Source: an uncultured Bacteroidales bacterium (GTDB lineage Bacteria; Bacteroidota; Bacteroidia; Bacteroidales; JAIOZK01). Taken from it: a stretch of DNA of 63,366 nt. Location of the stretch: positions 1-63,366 of the forward strand of contig CAZJYD010000008.1 of the NCBI GenBank assembly GCA_964550205.1, given 5' to 3'. Below, in pieces: positions 9,327 to 19,369 of this stretch. The notes under the pieces were generated by a model that was given only the letters and a program-made list of their open reading frames with translations, was not told the origin of the DNA and did no database searches. Position numbers and translations under genes: made by a program. Each line of letters begins with the position of its first letter. The first letter of the stretch is position 1.

Positions 9327-10379
9327 ATGGATATATATTTAAGTTCATTTGAGGCAATTTCTCCACAGCGTACTTTTAATACCGGTTCTTTTTTAAAAGA
9401 ATTAAAGGTACCTGAAAAAAATTATTTTACTTGCATAGAACCAAGATATGAAGATCATATTGATCCAAGATTTCTGAGGAGGTTGGGGAGAATTGTAAGG
9501 ATGAGTCTTGTGGCTTCTATTAAATGTCTTAAAAACAATAATATCGAAAAGCCGGACGCCATTCTCACAGGAACAAGCCTGGGATGTGTTCAGGATACTG
9601 CAAAATTTCTTTTAAACTTACATAAGGGCACTATAAATCCGACATCCTTTATACATTCTACTCATAATACCGTATCAGGACAGATCGCATTATTTTTGAA
9701 ATGTAAAAATTATAATCTTACCTATTCTCATAATAATATTTCATTTGAAACAGCTTTGATAGATGCATCGATGCTTCTCAAAGAACACGGGTACAATGAT
9801 ATATTATTGGGAGGAGTGGACGAAATAACAGAAGAAAGCTTTCAACTACTCTCTAAAACCGGATGTATTAAAAATTCAAAAATTGATCTTCAAAACACTA
9901 TCAATAATGGATCAAGAGGTTATTACCCCGGTGAGGGTGTAAACTTTTTTATTATTTCAAACCGTCGATCAGATAATACTATTGCTAGAATTGATGATGT
10001 TATGTTTATTAGCATGGAAAATGATCATTCTAATATTGCTGAAAAGTTATATGTTTTTCTTAAAAACAATAATGTTAAAACAAGTGATATAGATATTCTT
10101 ATTAGCGGAAATAATGGCGATGTTTTAAGTGATAATATTTACGATTATTTACTTGAAAATGTTTTTACAGATTCGTTAAATACAGTATATAAGAATGTAT
10201 GCGGTGAATACGACACTGCACAATCATTTGGCTTATGGACTGCATTAAAAATCATTAAAGAACAGCATGTTCCGCAAATATTAAGAAATAACGACAGAAA
10301 TATTGGTAATATTCGACGGATATTATTATATAATCATAAAAAATATTCTAATCATTCATTTATTTTATTGTCGGTATAA
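9327..10379 (+). CDS. KS-like chain-length-factor type protein (CLF, pair 1)
   Basis: Thiolase-fold-like sequence, but the active-site Cys position reads STHNTVSG and there are no HGTGT or GHT motifs. The ATG is 1 nt after the KS stop. Confidence 0.75.
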   Translation: MDIYLSSFEAISPQRTFNTGSFLKELKVPEKNYFTCIEPRYEDHIDPRFLRRLGRIVRMSLVASIKCLKNNNIEKPDAILTGTSLGCVQDTAKFLLNLHKGTINPTSFIHSTHNTVSGQIALFLKCKNYNLTYSHNNISFETALIDASMLLKEHGYNDILLGGVDEITEESFQLLSKTGCIKNSKIDLQNTINNGSRGYYPGEGVNFFIISNRRSDNTIARIDDVMFISMENDHSNIAEKLYVFLKNNNVKTSDIDILISGNNGDVLSDNIYDYLLENVFTDSLNTVYKNVCGEYDTAQSFGLWTALKIIKEQHVPQILRNNDRNIGNIRRILLYNHKKYSNHSFILLSV

Positions 10380-11135
10380 ATGTCAATCTTCAGCAGGATA
10401 AATATTGCATTTCTCTTTGTTTTAATAATTACATTAATACTTTCATTTTGTTATAGTTACTGGTGGATTATTTTAATAGCTACTATTTCTTTTTATTTTG
10501 CTATTGTTATTTATGGCGTATTCAATATCAGATCGGGATTTTTTACAAAATCTTTGTATAAAGTAAAAACTGATAAAAATATTGTTTCACTTACTTTTGA
10601 TGATGGTCCTTGTGAGAACACATTACAGTTACTTGATGTATTAAAAAAACATAATGTAAAAGCAAGCTTTTTTTTAATTGGAGAAAAAATTGAAAAAAAA
10701 CCTCATATTGTAAAACGCATAATTGATGAGGGGCATTCTATTGGAAATCATTCGTATAGCCATAAAAACTGCTTTCCTTTTCTTTCGGTGAAAAAAATGT
10801 TTAATGACCTTCATAAAACAAGCAGTATAATCAATAAATATTGTGCTGATAATATTTATTTCAGGCCTCCTTTCGGTGTACTTAATCTCAATATTGTAAA
10901 GGCAGCCTCAAAAGCCGGTTTAATTATAGTTGGCTGGAGCATTCGATCTTATGATACAACCGGAAGAAAAAAAGAAAAGATACTTGATAAATTAAAGAAA
11001 AAGATATCAGGAGGAGATATAATTCTTTTTCATGATACAATAAAAAAAACCAACTTTATTGTAGATGAATTATGTGTTTATTTGAAAAAAAATAATTTTA
11101 TAGCTGTAAAGATCAACGAACTAAGTGATATATGA
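10380..11135 (+). CDS. NodB-type polysaccharide deacetylase with N-terminal membrane helices
   Basis: TFDDGP and GNHSYSH metal and catalytic motifs. Two hydrophobic N-terminal segments. Confidence 0.82.
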   Translation: MSIFSRINIAFLFVLIITLILSFCYSYWWIILIATISFYFAIVIYGVFNIRSGFFTKSLYKVKTDKNIVSLTFDDGPCENTLQLLDVLKKHNVKASFFLIGEKIEKKPHIVKRIIDEGHSIGNHSYSHKNCFPFLSVKKMFNDLHKTSSIINKYCADNIYFRPPFGVLNLNIVKAASKAGLIIVGWSIRSYDTTGRKKEKILDKLKKKISGGDIILFHDTIKKTNFIVDELCVYLKKNNFIAVKINELSDI

Positions 11136-11767
11136 AAAACCTGATGATATATATGGCTATCTTATTTTTACTTATAAATGATAGCAGCGGACAAGAGACT
11201 TTCAAACCGGTAATTGATAAAGATTCTGTTGAAAAAAGACTTATGGACGAATCCGGTAAAATTAATTCCATTAAAAGCAATTTTACCCAGGATAAACATC
11301 TCGAAAATCTGTCAATTGTTATCCGCTCGGAGGGTAATTTTTATTTTAGACAAGAAAATAAACTTAAATGGGAATATACCAGTCCGTATTATTATTTAAT
11401 ACTTATCAATGAAGGGAAGTTTACCATTAAGGATGAAAACAAAACAAATCAATATAATATTCAATCAAATAAAATTTTCAGGGAAATAAATAATATAATT
11501 ATTAATTCCGTTAACGGAACACTTATAAAATCAGGAGATTTCATAAGTAATTTCTTTGAAAATGAAAAAACATATCTGGTAAGATTGATTCCAAAAGATA
11601 AAAATATGTTGGAGATAATTACAGAAATATTTATCTATTTCTCAAAGAAGGACTATACTGTAGAAAAAATTAAAATTGTTGAACCCGGAGAAGATTATTC
11701 TGTTATTACGTTTTCAAATAAAGAAATTAATGCTGAGATACCTGACAAAATTTTTACTGTTAATTAG
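11132..11767 (+). CDS. LolA-like lipoprotein-carrier family protein
   Basis: Signal peptide, size, and an SNFTQ...GNFYF-type pattern. Sits between the deacetylase and the lipoprotein as in ape clusters. ATGA overlap with the upstream gene. Confidence 0.6.
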   Translation: MKNLMIYMAILFLLINDSSGQETFKPVIDKDSVEKRLMDESGKINSIKSNFTQDKHLENLSIVIRSEGNFYFRQENKLKWEYTSPYYYLILINEGKFTIKDENKTNQYNIQSNKIFREINNIIINSVNGTLIKSGDFISNFFENEKTYLVRLIPKDKNMLEIITEIFIYFSKKDYTVEKIKIVEPGEDYSVITFSNKEINAEIPDKIFTVN

Positions 11768-12392
11768 TATATTGAGCATATTATTTACCTCCTGCTCAAT
11801 TAGAAAAGGACTGATGAAAAACGAAGCCGGCTGTGATATCCCGGAACTTATAAAACCCATTATTAGTCAGCCATATGGTACAATATTTTATAAAGCATCT
11901 TTTTATGTCAGGAACATTAATTTAACGGGAATTTTTATTTTTAAGGATGTTGATACTTCTCAGAGAATTGTCTTTATTTCGGAGGTAGGCCTAAAATATT
12001 TTGACCTGGAATACAGCAATGATACATGGACAGTAGTAGATTGTAAAAAGTTTCTTGAAAATGAATGGTTGATAGGACAAGTAGAAAACTCTCTCAAGTT
12101 AATTATTGATGAAGTGCTAGTTGCAAAAAGGGCGAAATTATATAAGAAAAAAGAGAGTAATGAAAAGGGTTTATTATTTAAAAGGAAAAACAGTAAATAT
12201 TGTTTTTTGTGGAATAACAAAAACAAAATAACTGAAATAAGGTTAAAGGAGGGAATATTTAATCATTTAATTATGAAAGTTAATTCATATAAAGAAAATC
12301 TTCCTCGAAAAATATTGATAAACAACAGAAGTATAATTAACTTTAAAATTGAGCTTAAACTATTAAAAACAAACGATGATGTTATCAGGTGA
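11730..12392 (+). CDS. lipoprotein of unknown function
   Basis: From the ATG at 11730 the N-terminus is MLRYLTKFLLLISILSILFTSC (signal peptide plus lipobox Cys). Confidence 0.5.
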   Translation: MLRYLTKFLLLISILSILFTSCSIRKGLMKNEAGCDIPELIKPIISQPYGTIFYKASFYVRNINLTGIFIFKDVDTSQRIVFISEVGLKYFDLEYSNDTWTVVDCKKFLENEWLIGQVENSLKLIIDEVLVAKRAKLYKKKESNEKGLLFKRKNSKYCFLWNNKNKITEIRLKEGIFNHLIMKVNSYKENLPRKILINNRSIINFKIELKLLKTNDDVIR

Positions 12393-12744
12393 TTTCTTTA
12401 CATTCAAAATGAATTATAATAAAGAAGGATTAATTAAAGGACGTATTAATTTTAATAAAGATCATAATATCTTTAAAGGACATTTTCCTAAAAACCCAAT
12501 TGTTCCTGGTGTATGTCAAATTCAGGCTATTAAGGAAATAGCAGAATATATATTAGATAAAAATTTTATGCTTACCCGGGCCAGAAATATTAAATTCATT
12601 TCCATAATTAATCCTGTAGAAACACCCTTTGTTTATATGGAATTATCCTATGAATTTTTGGAAGATAACGAATTGGATATTAATTGTACTTTAATATTAG
12701 ATGATAAAGTATTTTTAAAATTCAGGGGTACATTTAGTGAATAA
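12376..12744 (+). CDS. FabZ-like 3-hydroxyacyl-ACP dehydratase
   Basis: GHFPKNPIVPGVCQIQAIKE matches the FabZ catalytic His and PGV motif. Confidence 0.8.
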   Translation: MMLSGDFFTFKMNYNKEGLIKGRINFNKDHNIFKGHFPKNPIVPGVCQIQAIKEIAEYILDKNFMLTRARNIKFISIINPVETPFVYMELSYEFLEDNELDINCTLILDDKVFLKFRGTFSE

Positions 12745-13915
12745 CAATAATTACATAAAGGAATTTAAAGATTATAAATGTTGTGTTGTTATCCCCACTT
12801 ATAATAATGCAACTTTAATATCACAGGTTCTTAATGATGTTATTAAATACACTAATGATGTAATTGTGGTTAATGATGGGTCTACTGATGATACGAGGGA
12901 AGTATTGAGTAAATATAAGATAATTGATGTTATTTCATATAAACAAAATAAGGGTAAAGGATATGCATTGCGCAAAGGTTTTGAATATGCCATACAAAAG
13001 GATTATAAATATGCAATTACAATGGATTCCGATGGTCAGCATTCTGCACATGACCTTCCTTTATTCATCGAAAAATTAAAATCGAAACCCGGTTCTTTAA
13101 TTATAGGAAGTAGGAATATGAAGAAAAAGGGAGTTCCGGGTAAAAGCAGCTTTGGAAATAAGTTTTCAAATTTTTGGTTTAAAGTTGAAACAGGTATTTC
13201 CCTGCCAGATACACAATCGGGTTTCAGACTTTATCCATTAGAAGAAATATCAAAATCACGATTGCATACAAATAAATTTGAATTTGAAATAGAGGTGCTG
13301 GTTAGATTTGCCTGGCGTGGTGTAAATATAGAAACTGTACCTGTAGATGTACACTACGCCAGAAAAGAAGATAGAATTTCTCATTTCAGGCCTTTTGTTG
13401 ATTTTACCCGTATTAGTATCTTAAATACGATACTTGTCTTTTTAGCGCTTTTTGTGCACAGGCCCAAGGCAGTTGTTAGAAAATACAAAAAAAAGAAGAT
13501 AAAGCAGATCATAAAGGAAGATATACTTGGGAGTAAGGAATCGAATCTTAAAATAGCTTCGGCTATTGGCTTTGGTGTGTTTATGGGAATTTTGCCAATA
13601 TGGGGCTATCAGCTTGCAGTTGGATTTGTTTTAGCTCATTTGCTTAAACTGAATAAGGGTATTTTTTTTATTGCTGCAAACATCAGCATACCGCCGATGA
13701 TTCCCTTGATTTTATATTTAAGCTTTGCAACAGGAGGTTATGTAATTGGCGAAGAACCGTGGACAATTAACTTGAGTAATATCAGTTTCGAAATGGTATA
13801 TGAAAACCTGCTTCAATATATTATTGGTAGTATTGTTTTTGCAGTGATAGCCGGTGCTTTTTTCTTTTTAGCAAGTTATTCTGTATTTATGATCACAAGA
13901 AACAAGAAGAAATAA
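12737..13915 (+). CDS. family 2 glycosyltransferase with C-terminal polytopic membrane domain
   Basis: VVIPTYNN and MDSDGQH (DxD) motifs. The C-terminal third is hydrophobic (DUF2062-like). GTG start. Confidence 0.82.
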   Translation: MNNNNYIKEFKDYKCCVVIPTYNNATLISQVLNDVIKYTNDVIVVNDGSTDDTREVLSKYKIIDVISYKQNKGKGYALRKGFEYAIQKDYKYAITMDSDGQHSAHDLPLFIEKLKSKPGSLIIGSRNMKKKGVPGKSSFGNKFSNFWFKVETGISLPDTQSGFRLYPLEEISKSRLHTNKFEFEIEVLVRFAWRGVNIETVPVDVHYARKEDRISHFRPFVDFTRISILNTILVFLALFVHRPKAVVRKYKKKKIKQIIKEDILGSKESNLKIASAIGFGVFMGILPIWGYQLAVGFVLAHLLKLNKGIFFIAANISIPPMIPLILYLSFATGGYVIGEEPWTINLSNISFEMVYENLLQYIIGSIVFAVIAGAFFFLASYSVFMITRNKKK

Positions 13916-16900
13916 ATGATTTACTTGTTCAATTCAATATACAGCTACTTCAGTAAAAACAGATTATTATTTGTTTTTTTTCTTATCGTTATTATTGCTT
14001 TTATTGTAATCTTCGCAAGCCGTATTAAGCTTGAAGAAAATGTTAATGCAATAATACCTGATGATAAAAACCTGAACAAAATAAGCCGCGTTATTGAAAG
14101 CTCCGAAATATCCGATCAGATAATAATAAATATCAGCTTATCGGATACTTCCCTTGTATTACCTGATAGCCTGATCCGCTTTGCTGATAATTTATCCGCA
14201 AAACTTGATACTAACATACTTATTGAGGAATTAACATATAAAATTGATGAAAGCTTGTATTCTCAGGTTTATGATATTTTTTTTAATTATCTTCCTTTTT
14301 TCCTGGATAGTAGCGATTATGAGGATATAGCAAACAGATTAACTAATGATGAAATAGAAAATAATATTAAAAATGATCTGAAAGTGTTGATTTCACCTTC
14401 GGGAATAGTAACCAAGAAATACATATATAAAGATCCTTTGAACATAGTACCTTTAGTGTTAAGAAAACTGGAAAAGTTCAGATTTGGTGATAGTTTTATT
14501 ATTTATGATTCCCGCATATTCTCGAAAAATAAAAAACATTTACTTCTTTTTATAAATCCGGAATATTCATCTGCTAATACCTCAAAAAATACAGTTCTGA
14601 TAGAAGATATAGAAAATGCCATAAACAATAACTCAGAAGAGTTTATAGGGATTGATGCGGAGTATTATGGAGGGACGGCTGTTGCGGCAGCAAATGCAAA
14701 ATGTATTAAAAGAGATATTATTATTACGGTATCAATAGCGGTTATTATCTTGATTCTGGTTTTCATAATTATCTTCAGGAGGATAAGGATCTTTTTCTTG
14801 CTCTTTCTACCTGTTATTATAGGAGCAGGTGTTTCAATAGCCATACTATCAATAACAGAAGATAAAATCTCAGCAATATCATTGGGGATAGGAGCTGTGT
14901 TGGTCGGAATTACTATTGATTATTCCTTACATCTTTACACGCATTTTCGTAATTCCGGTTCTGTATCCCGATCCTTGAAAAATGTTTCACAACCGATATT
15001 AATGAGCAGCATAACAACTGCTTCTGCATTTTTATGTCTGTTGCTGATTAAGTCGGATGCGCTGAATGATCTTGGTAAGTTTGCTGCCCTGAGTGTTGTT
15101 GTATCTGCTTTGTTTGTTTTGTTATTTATACCTGTATTTTTAAAAAGAAAAGATAGCAGTATTTCCGGTAGAAAGAGAAAGACAATTTTTGACCGTTTTG
15201 TTGCTTTTAAATTTCATAGAAGTAAAATAATTATAATACTAATTGTTGTTTTATCAGTAGTATTTGCTTTTACATTAAAAAACATCAGGTTCAACAGCGA
15301 TATTTCAACCCTTAATTACATGCCTGATAAGTTGAAAGAAGCGGAAGAAAATTTAAAAAAAATAAGCTCGCAAACATATGGTGCAATGTATATTCTTTCT
15401 TTGGGGGATGATCTGAACTCTGCATTGGAAAACTCAGAAAAACATAATGCAATTCTGGATGATAAGAAATATAAAGATTTTTATTATGATGTAACTTCTG
15501 CTTCAGATCTGCTTTTATCAAAAAATATGCAGATAAAGAAAATAAAGCAATGGTCGGATTTTTGGAAAGATCAGGGAAAAGAAAGAGTAATAAACACGAT
15601 CAAAGAAAAAGGTAAAAAGTATCATTTTAAGGAAAAAGCCTTCAGGCAGTTTTATCACATTCTTAATAAAGAATTTAAACCTGTTGATGATTCGGTATTC
15701 AATCCCATGAAAAAGATGTTTCTGAAAAACTACATTACTGAATTTGATAGTGGTATGTCTGTTGTCTCAATATTGAAAGTAGACAGATCAAACAAAGACA
15801 AATTATTTGATGAACTTGAAGATCAGGATAATCTTATTTTCTTTGATCAGCTATACTTAACGAACCGCCTTTTCAAAATATTAAAAGACGATTTCAATAT
15901 GCTGGTGACAATTTCTCTGATAGTGGTATTTGTTATCATGTTAGTTTTCCTTGGAAGGATTGAACTGACAATTATTGCATTCACACCATTGATCATTAGC
16001 TGGCTCTGGACATTAGGACTTATGGGTATATTTAATCTTGAATTCAATATTTTTAATATAATTGTTTCCAGCTTTATTTTCGGATTGGGTATTGACTACT
16101 GTATTTTTATAATGCGTGGTTTACAGAATGATTATAAGGAAGGAAAAACAGAACTGCCATCATATAAGTTATCTATATTGATTTCTGCGATTACCTCAAT
16201 TACAGGTTTTGGAATACTTATTTTAGCAAATCATCCGGCATTAAGATCAATTGCATTAGTTTCACTGGTAGGTATTTCGGCAATACTTTTTATTTCATAT
16301 GCAATTCTGCCGTTTTTATTTTCTGCGCTTGTATCCGGAAATCAAAGAACAGGCCAAGGTCCTGTTACTATTGGAAGTCTGTTTTTTTCGCTTACAACTA
16401 TTATCATTTTTCTTATTGGATCTTTTTTATTAACGTTATTAGTACCTTTATTAAAGATACTTCCGTTACCTAATAAAACAGCAAAGCATTTGCATCATAT
16501 TGCTCTATGCTATGTAATGCGTTTTCTGGTTTATTTTAATATTAATACAAAAAAAATATTTATTAATAGAGGAAAACTTGATTTTTCCAAACCATCCGTG
16601 ATCATAAGCAACCATCAGTCGCAGCTTGATCTGTCGCTTACAATTATGCTTAATCCTAAGATTGTTGTGCTTACAAATGAATGGGTCTGGAATAGCCCGT
16701 ATTTTGGACATATTATAAAATATTCTGATTATGTGCCTCTTTATAGAGGATTGGAAAAGGGATATACAAGATTAAAAAAAGTTATACAAAATGGTTATTC
16801 GGTTCTTATTTTTCCCGAAGGTTCCAGAACACCGGATGGCAGAATAAAAAGATTTCATCAGGGGGCATTTAAGCTGGCTGATATGTATAACCTCGAAATT

Positions 16901-17749
16901 CAGCCCATTATGATACATGGTGCATTTCATTGCCTCAATAAGCATGAATTCTTTTTACGTAAGGGAAAAATAACCGTTAAAATATTTGACAGGGAAAAAT
17001 TACGTAAACGAAGTGAAGATGAAGTTACTTATAGAAATCATGCCATAGAATACAATAAGTTCTACCGGGAAGAATATGATAAACTAAGAAAAAGCATAGA
17101 AACACCTGATTACTTTAAGAGGCGGTTAATAAATCAATTCATATACAAAGGAGTTGAATTGGAATGGTATCTGAGAATTAAGCTTAGATTTGAAAAAAAC
17201 TACAATTTATTTAATGATGTGATTCCGCGGGATTGTAAGATAGTTGACATAGGCTGCGGATACGGATTTTTAGATTTTATGCTTAATTATATCTCAGATA
17301 AAAGAATAATACATGGAATAGACTATGATGAAGAAAAGATAAATACAGCAAAATCTATTGCAAAGCACTTTAAGAGTATTAAATTTTCTGAGACTGATAT
17401 AACACAAATTGAAATACCTGAAAGTGAGGTATATATTTTAAACGATGTGCTTCATTATATCCCTGAGCAAAAACAGTTATCAATACTGCGGGAATGCATG
17501 AATAAAATTCCGGCAAACGGAATGATAATAGTCAGGGATGCTGATAAAGATATGCAAAAGAGGATTAAAGGAACCAAAGCGATAGAGTTTTTATCAACAA
17601 AGGTTATTAAATTTAATAAAACAAAATATAAGAATCTGTCATTTATTTCAGGTGTCAGGATAATATCATTGGCACAAGAAAACGGATTAAGCGTTGAACG
17701 TATAGATAATACCAAATATACATCCGATATTATCTATATCATAAAATAA
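13916..17749 (+). CDS. fusion protein: MMPL/RND-type exporter + PlsC-type acyltransferase + class I SAM methyltransferase
   Basis: Two clusters of transmembrane helices separated by soluble loops (about aa 1-800). HX4D NHQSQLD (nt 16613-16630), FPEGSR (16811-16828), and SAM motif I VDIGCGYG (17243-17266). One uninterrupted ORF. Confidence 0.82.
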   Translation: MIYLFNSIYSYFSKNRLLFVFFLIVIIAFIVIFASRIKLEENVNAIIPDDKNLNKISRVIESSEISDQIIINISLSDTSLVLPDSLIRFADNLSAKLDTNILIEELTYKIDESLYSQVYDIFFNYLPFFLDSSDYEDIANRLTNDEIENNIKNDLKVLISPSGIVTKKYIYKDPLNIVPLVLRKLEKFRFGDSFIIYDSRIFSKNKKHLLLFINPEYSSANTSKNTVLIEDIENAINNNSEEFIGIDAEYYGGTAVAAANAKCIKRDIIITVSIAVIILILVFIIIFRRIRIFFLLFLPVIIGAGVSIAILSITEDKISAISLGIGAVLVGITIDYSLHLYTHFRNSGSVSRSLKNVSQPILMSSITTASAFLCLLLIKSDALNDLGKFAALSVVVSALFVLLFIPVFLKRKDSSISGRKRKTIFDRFVAFKFHRSKIIIILIVVLSVVFAFTLKNIRFNSDISTLNYMPDKLKEAEENLKKISSQTYGAMYILSLGDDLNSALENSEKHNAILDDKKYKDFYYDVTSASDLLLSKNMQIKKIKQWSDFWKDQGKERVINTIKEKGKKYHFKEKAFRQFYHILNKEFKPVDDSVFNPMKKMFLKNYITEFDSGMSVVSILKVDRSNKDKLFDELEDQDNLIFFDQLYLTNRLFKILKDDFNMLVTISLIVVFVIMLVFLGRIELTIIAFTPLIISWLWTLGLMGIFNLEFNIFNIIVSSFIFGLGIDYCIFIMRGLQNDYKEGKTELPSYKLSILISAITSITGFGILILANHPALRSIALVSLVGISAILFISYAILPFLFSALVSGNQRTGQGPVTIGSLFFSLTTIIIFLIGSFLLTLLVPLLKILPLPNKTAKHLHHIALCYVMRFLVYFNINTKKIFINRGKLDFSKPSVIISNHQSQLDLSLTIMLNPKIVVLTNEWVWNSPYFGHIIKYSDYVPLYRGLEKGYTRLKKVIQNGYSVLIFPEGSRTPDGRIKRFHQGAFKLADMYNLEIQPIMIHGAFHCLNKHEFFLRKGKITVKIFDREKLRKRSEDEVTYRNHAIEYNKFYREEYDKLRKSIETPDYFKRRLINQFIYKGVELEWYLRIKLRFEKNYNLFNDVIPRDCKIVDIGCGYGFLDFMLNYISDKRIIHGIDYDEEKINTAKSIAKHFKSIKFSETDITQIEIPESEVYILNDVLHYIPEQKQLSILRECMNKIPANGMIIVRDADKDMQKRIKGTKAIEFLSTKVIKFNKTKYKNLSFISGVRIISLAQENGLSVERIDNTKYTSDIIYIIK

Positions 17750-17756
17750 TAATGAT

Positions 17757-19250
17757 ATGAACATATCTGAAACTGTTATTATTGTGGGCAGCGGGCTTGG
17801 TGGTTTATTATGTGGAAATATATTAAGCAAGGAAGGCTACAGGGTGATTGTTCTTGAGAAACATTCTCAGATAGGTGGTAATCTGCAAACTTTTAAAAGG
17901 AACGGGTGCGTCTTTGATACAGGAATGCACTATATAGGATGCATGGATGAAGAGCAGATATTACACAAGATCTTTTCTTATCTTGATATAACTGATAAAC
18001 TAAAGCTGAGAAAACTTAATAAAAATGCCTTTGATATAATTGGTTTCCCGGATAAGGATTATAATTACGCTATGGGATTTGATAATTTTGAGAACATATT
18101 AACTCAATATTTTTTTGAAGAAAAAAGATCAATACATGAATATGTTGGAAGGATTAAGTCGGTATGGGACAAATTAAACATAGTTAATTTAAGAGATGTA
18201 TCAGGTGATGCTAAGTTTTATGAATCTCAAAATGTAAACACCTATGATTTCCTTGATTCACTATTCTCTAATAAGAGATTAAAGGCGGTTCTTGCCGGTA
18301 ACAATTTATTATATGGAGGGATCAAAGAAAAATCTTCTTTGTTTGTTCATGCACTCATCATGAATTATTTTATCAGAAGTTCCTACAGAATAGCTGGTGG
18401 ATCATCAGTATTGGCAGAAATTATAAAAAATAATATTGAAAAAAACGGTGGATCAGTGTATACAAATCAGGAGGTCGTAAAATTGATTAGTAAAGATAAC
18501 AGAATTAAGGCAGCTCAGGTGAAAAATAAACACAAGCATTATGGTGATATATTTATCTCTAATATACATCCTTTGTTAACTAATGATATTACTGATCAAA
18601 ACATATACAGGAAGGCACGATTTAACAGAATAAAAAGACTTAAAAATACTGTATCAGCATTTTCTGTATATATTGTATTGGAAAAATTTAAATTACGATA
18701 TTTCAATTCAAATTATTATTATAATAAAACTGATGATGTGTGGCAGGCAAATAATTACGCTACCGGAGATTGGCCATTATGCTATTTATTGTATATGACT
18801 CCTGATAGTGACAATCCTGAATATGCTGAAAGTATAACTATTATAACCACTATGCGTTTTGAAGAAGTAAAAAAATGGGAGAATACCAATATAGGAAAAA
18901 GGGGTAATGATTATATTGAGTTTAAAAGAAAAAAGGCAAATATTATTTTTGATTTAGTCAATAATAAATATCCGGGAATAAGAAATTTTATAAAAAATTA
19001 TTATACGGCAACTCCACTTACATATAGGGATTATACGGGAACTGTTGACGGTACTATGTATGGTCTGGTTGAAGATCATAAAAGTCCTCACGGGTCTTAT
19101 GTTTCATCCAAAACAAGAATGCCTAATTTGTTTTTAACGGGTCAAAATGTAAATTTACATGGTATGCTCGGGGTTACTATAACTTCTTTAACAACATGCG
19201 GGAATATTATTGATATCAATTCTATAATTAGAAAAATTAAAGTAAAATAA
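17757..19250 (+). CDS. FAD-dependent oxidoreductase, phytoene-desaturase (CrtI)-like
   Basis: IVGSGLGGLLCG...VLEKHSQIGGN dinucleotide-binding signature, ~500 aa. Confidence 0.78.
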   Translation: MNISETVIIVGSGLGGLLCGNILSKEGYRVIVLEKHSQIGGNLQTFKRNGCVFDTGMHYIGCMDEEQILHKIFSYLDITDKLKLRKLNKNAFDIIGFPDKDYNYAMGFDNFENILTQYFFEEKRSIHEYVGRIKSVWDKLNIVNLRDVSGDAKFYESQNVNTYDFLDSLFSNKRLKAVLAGNNLLYGGIKEKSSLFVHALIMNYFIRSSYRIAGGSSVLAEIIKNNIEKNGGSVYTNQEVVKLISKDNRIKAAQVKNKHKHYGDIFISNIHPLLTNDITDQNIYRKARFNRIKRLKNTVSAFSVYIVLEKFKLRYFNSNYYYNKTDDVWQANNYATGDWPLCYLLYMTPDSDNPEYAESITIITTMRFEEVKKWENTNIGKRGNDYIEFKRKKANIIFDLVNNKYPGIRNFIKNYYTATPLTYRDYTGTVDGTMYGLVEDHKSPHGSYVSSKTRMPNLFLTGQNVNLHGMLGVTITSLTTCGNIIDINSIIRKIKVK

Positions 19251-19288
19251 ATTAGCACGTTTTCGTATGCAGATTATAATTATATTAT

Positions 19289-19296
19289 TATATTTG
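19289..19296 (+). promoter_or_regulatory. candidate -7 promoter box
   Basis: tatatttg fits TAnnTTTG, 74 nt upstream of the ATG at 19370, in a 119-nt gap. Confidence 0.3.
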
Positions 19297-19369
19297 AACA
19301 TTATTTATAAAAAGTAAATTTTCTAAAATTAAATATTAAATAAAGCTTAAATAAATATTATTAATTAAT

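Noticed and set aside
11676-11729. Upstream start of the lipoprotein ORF
   Set aside because: It would overlap the LolA-like gene by 92 nt. The ATG at 11730 yields a canonical signal peptide plus lipobox.
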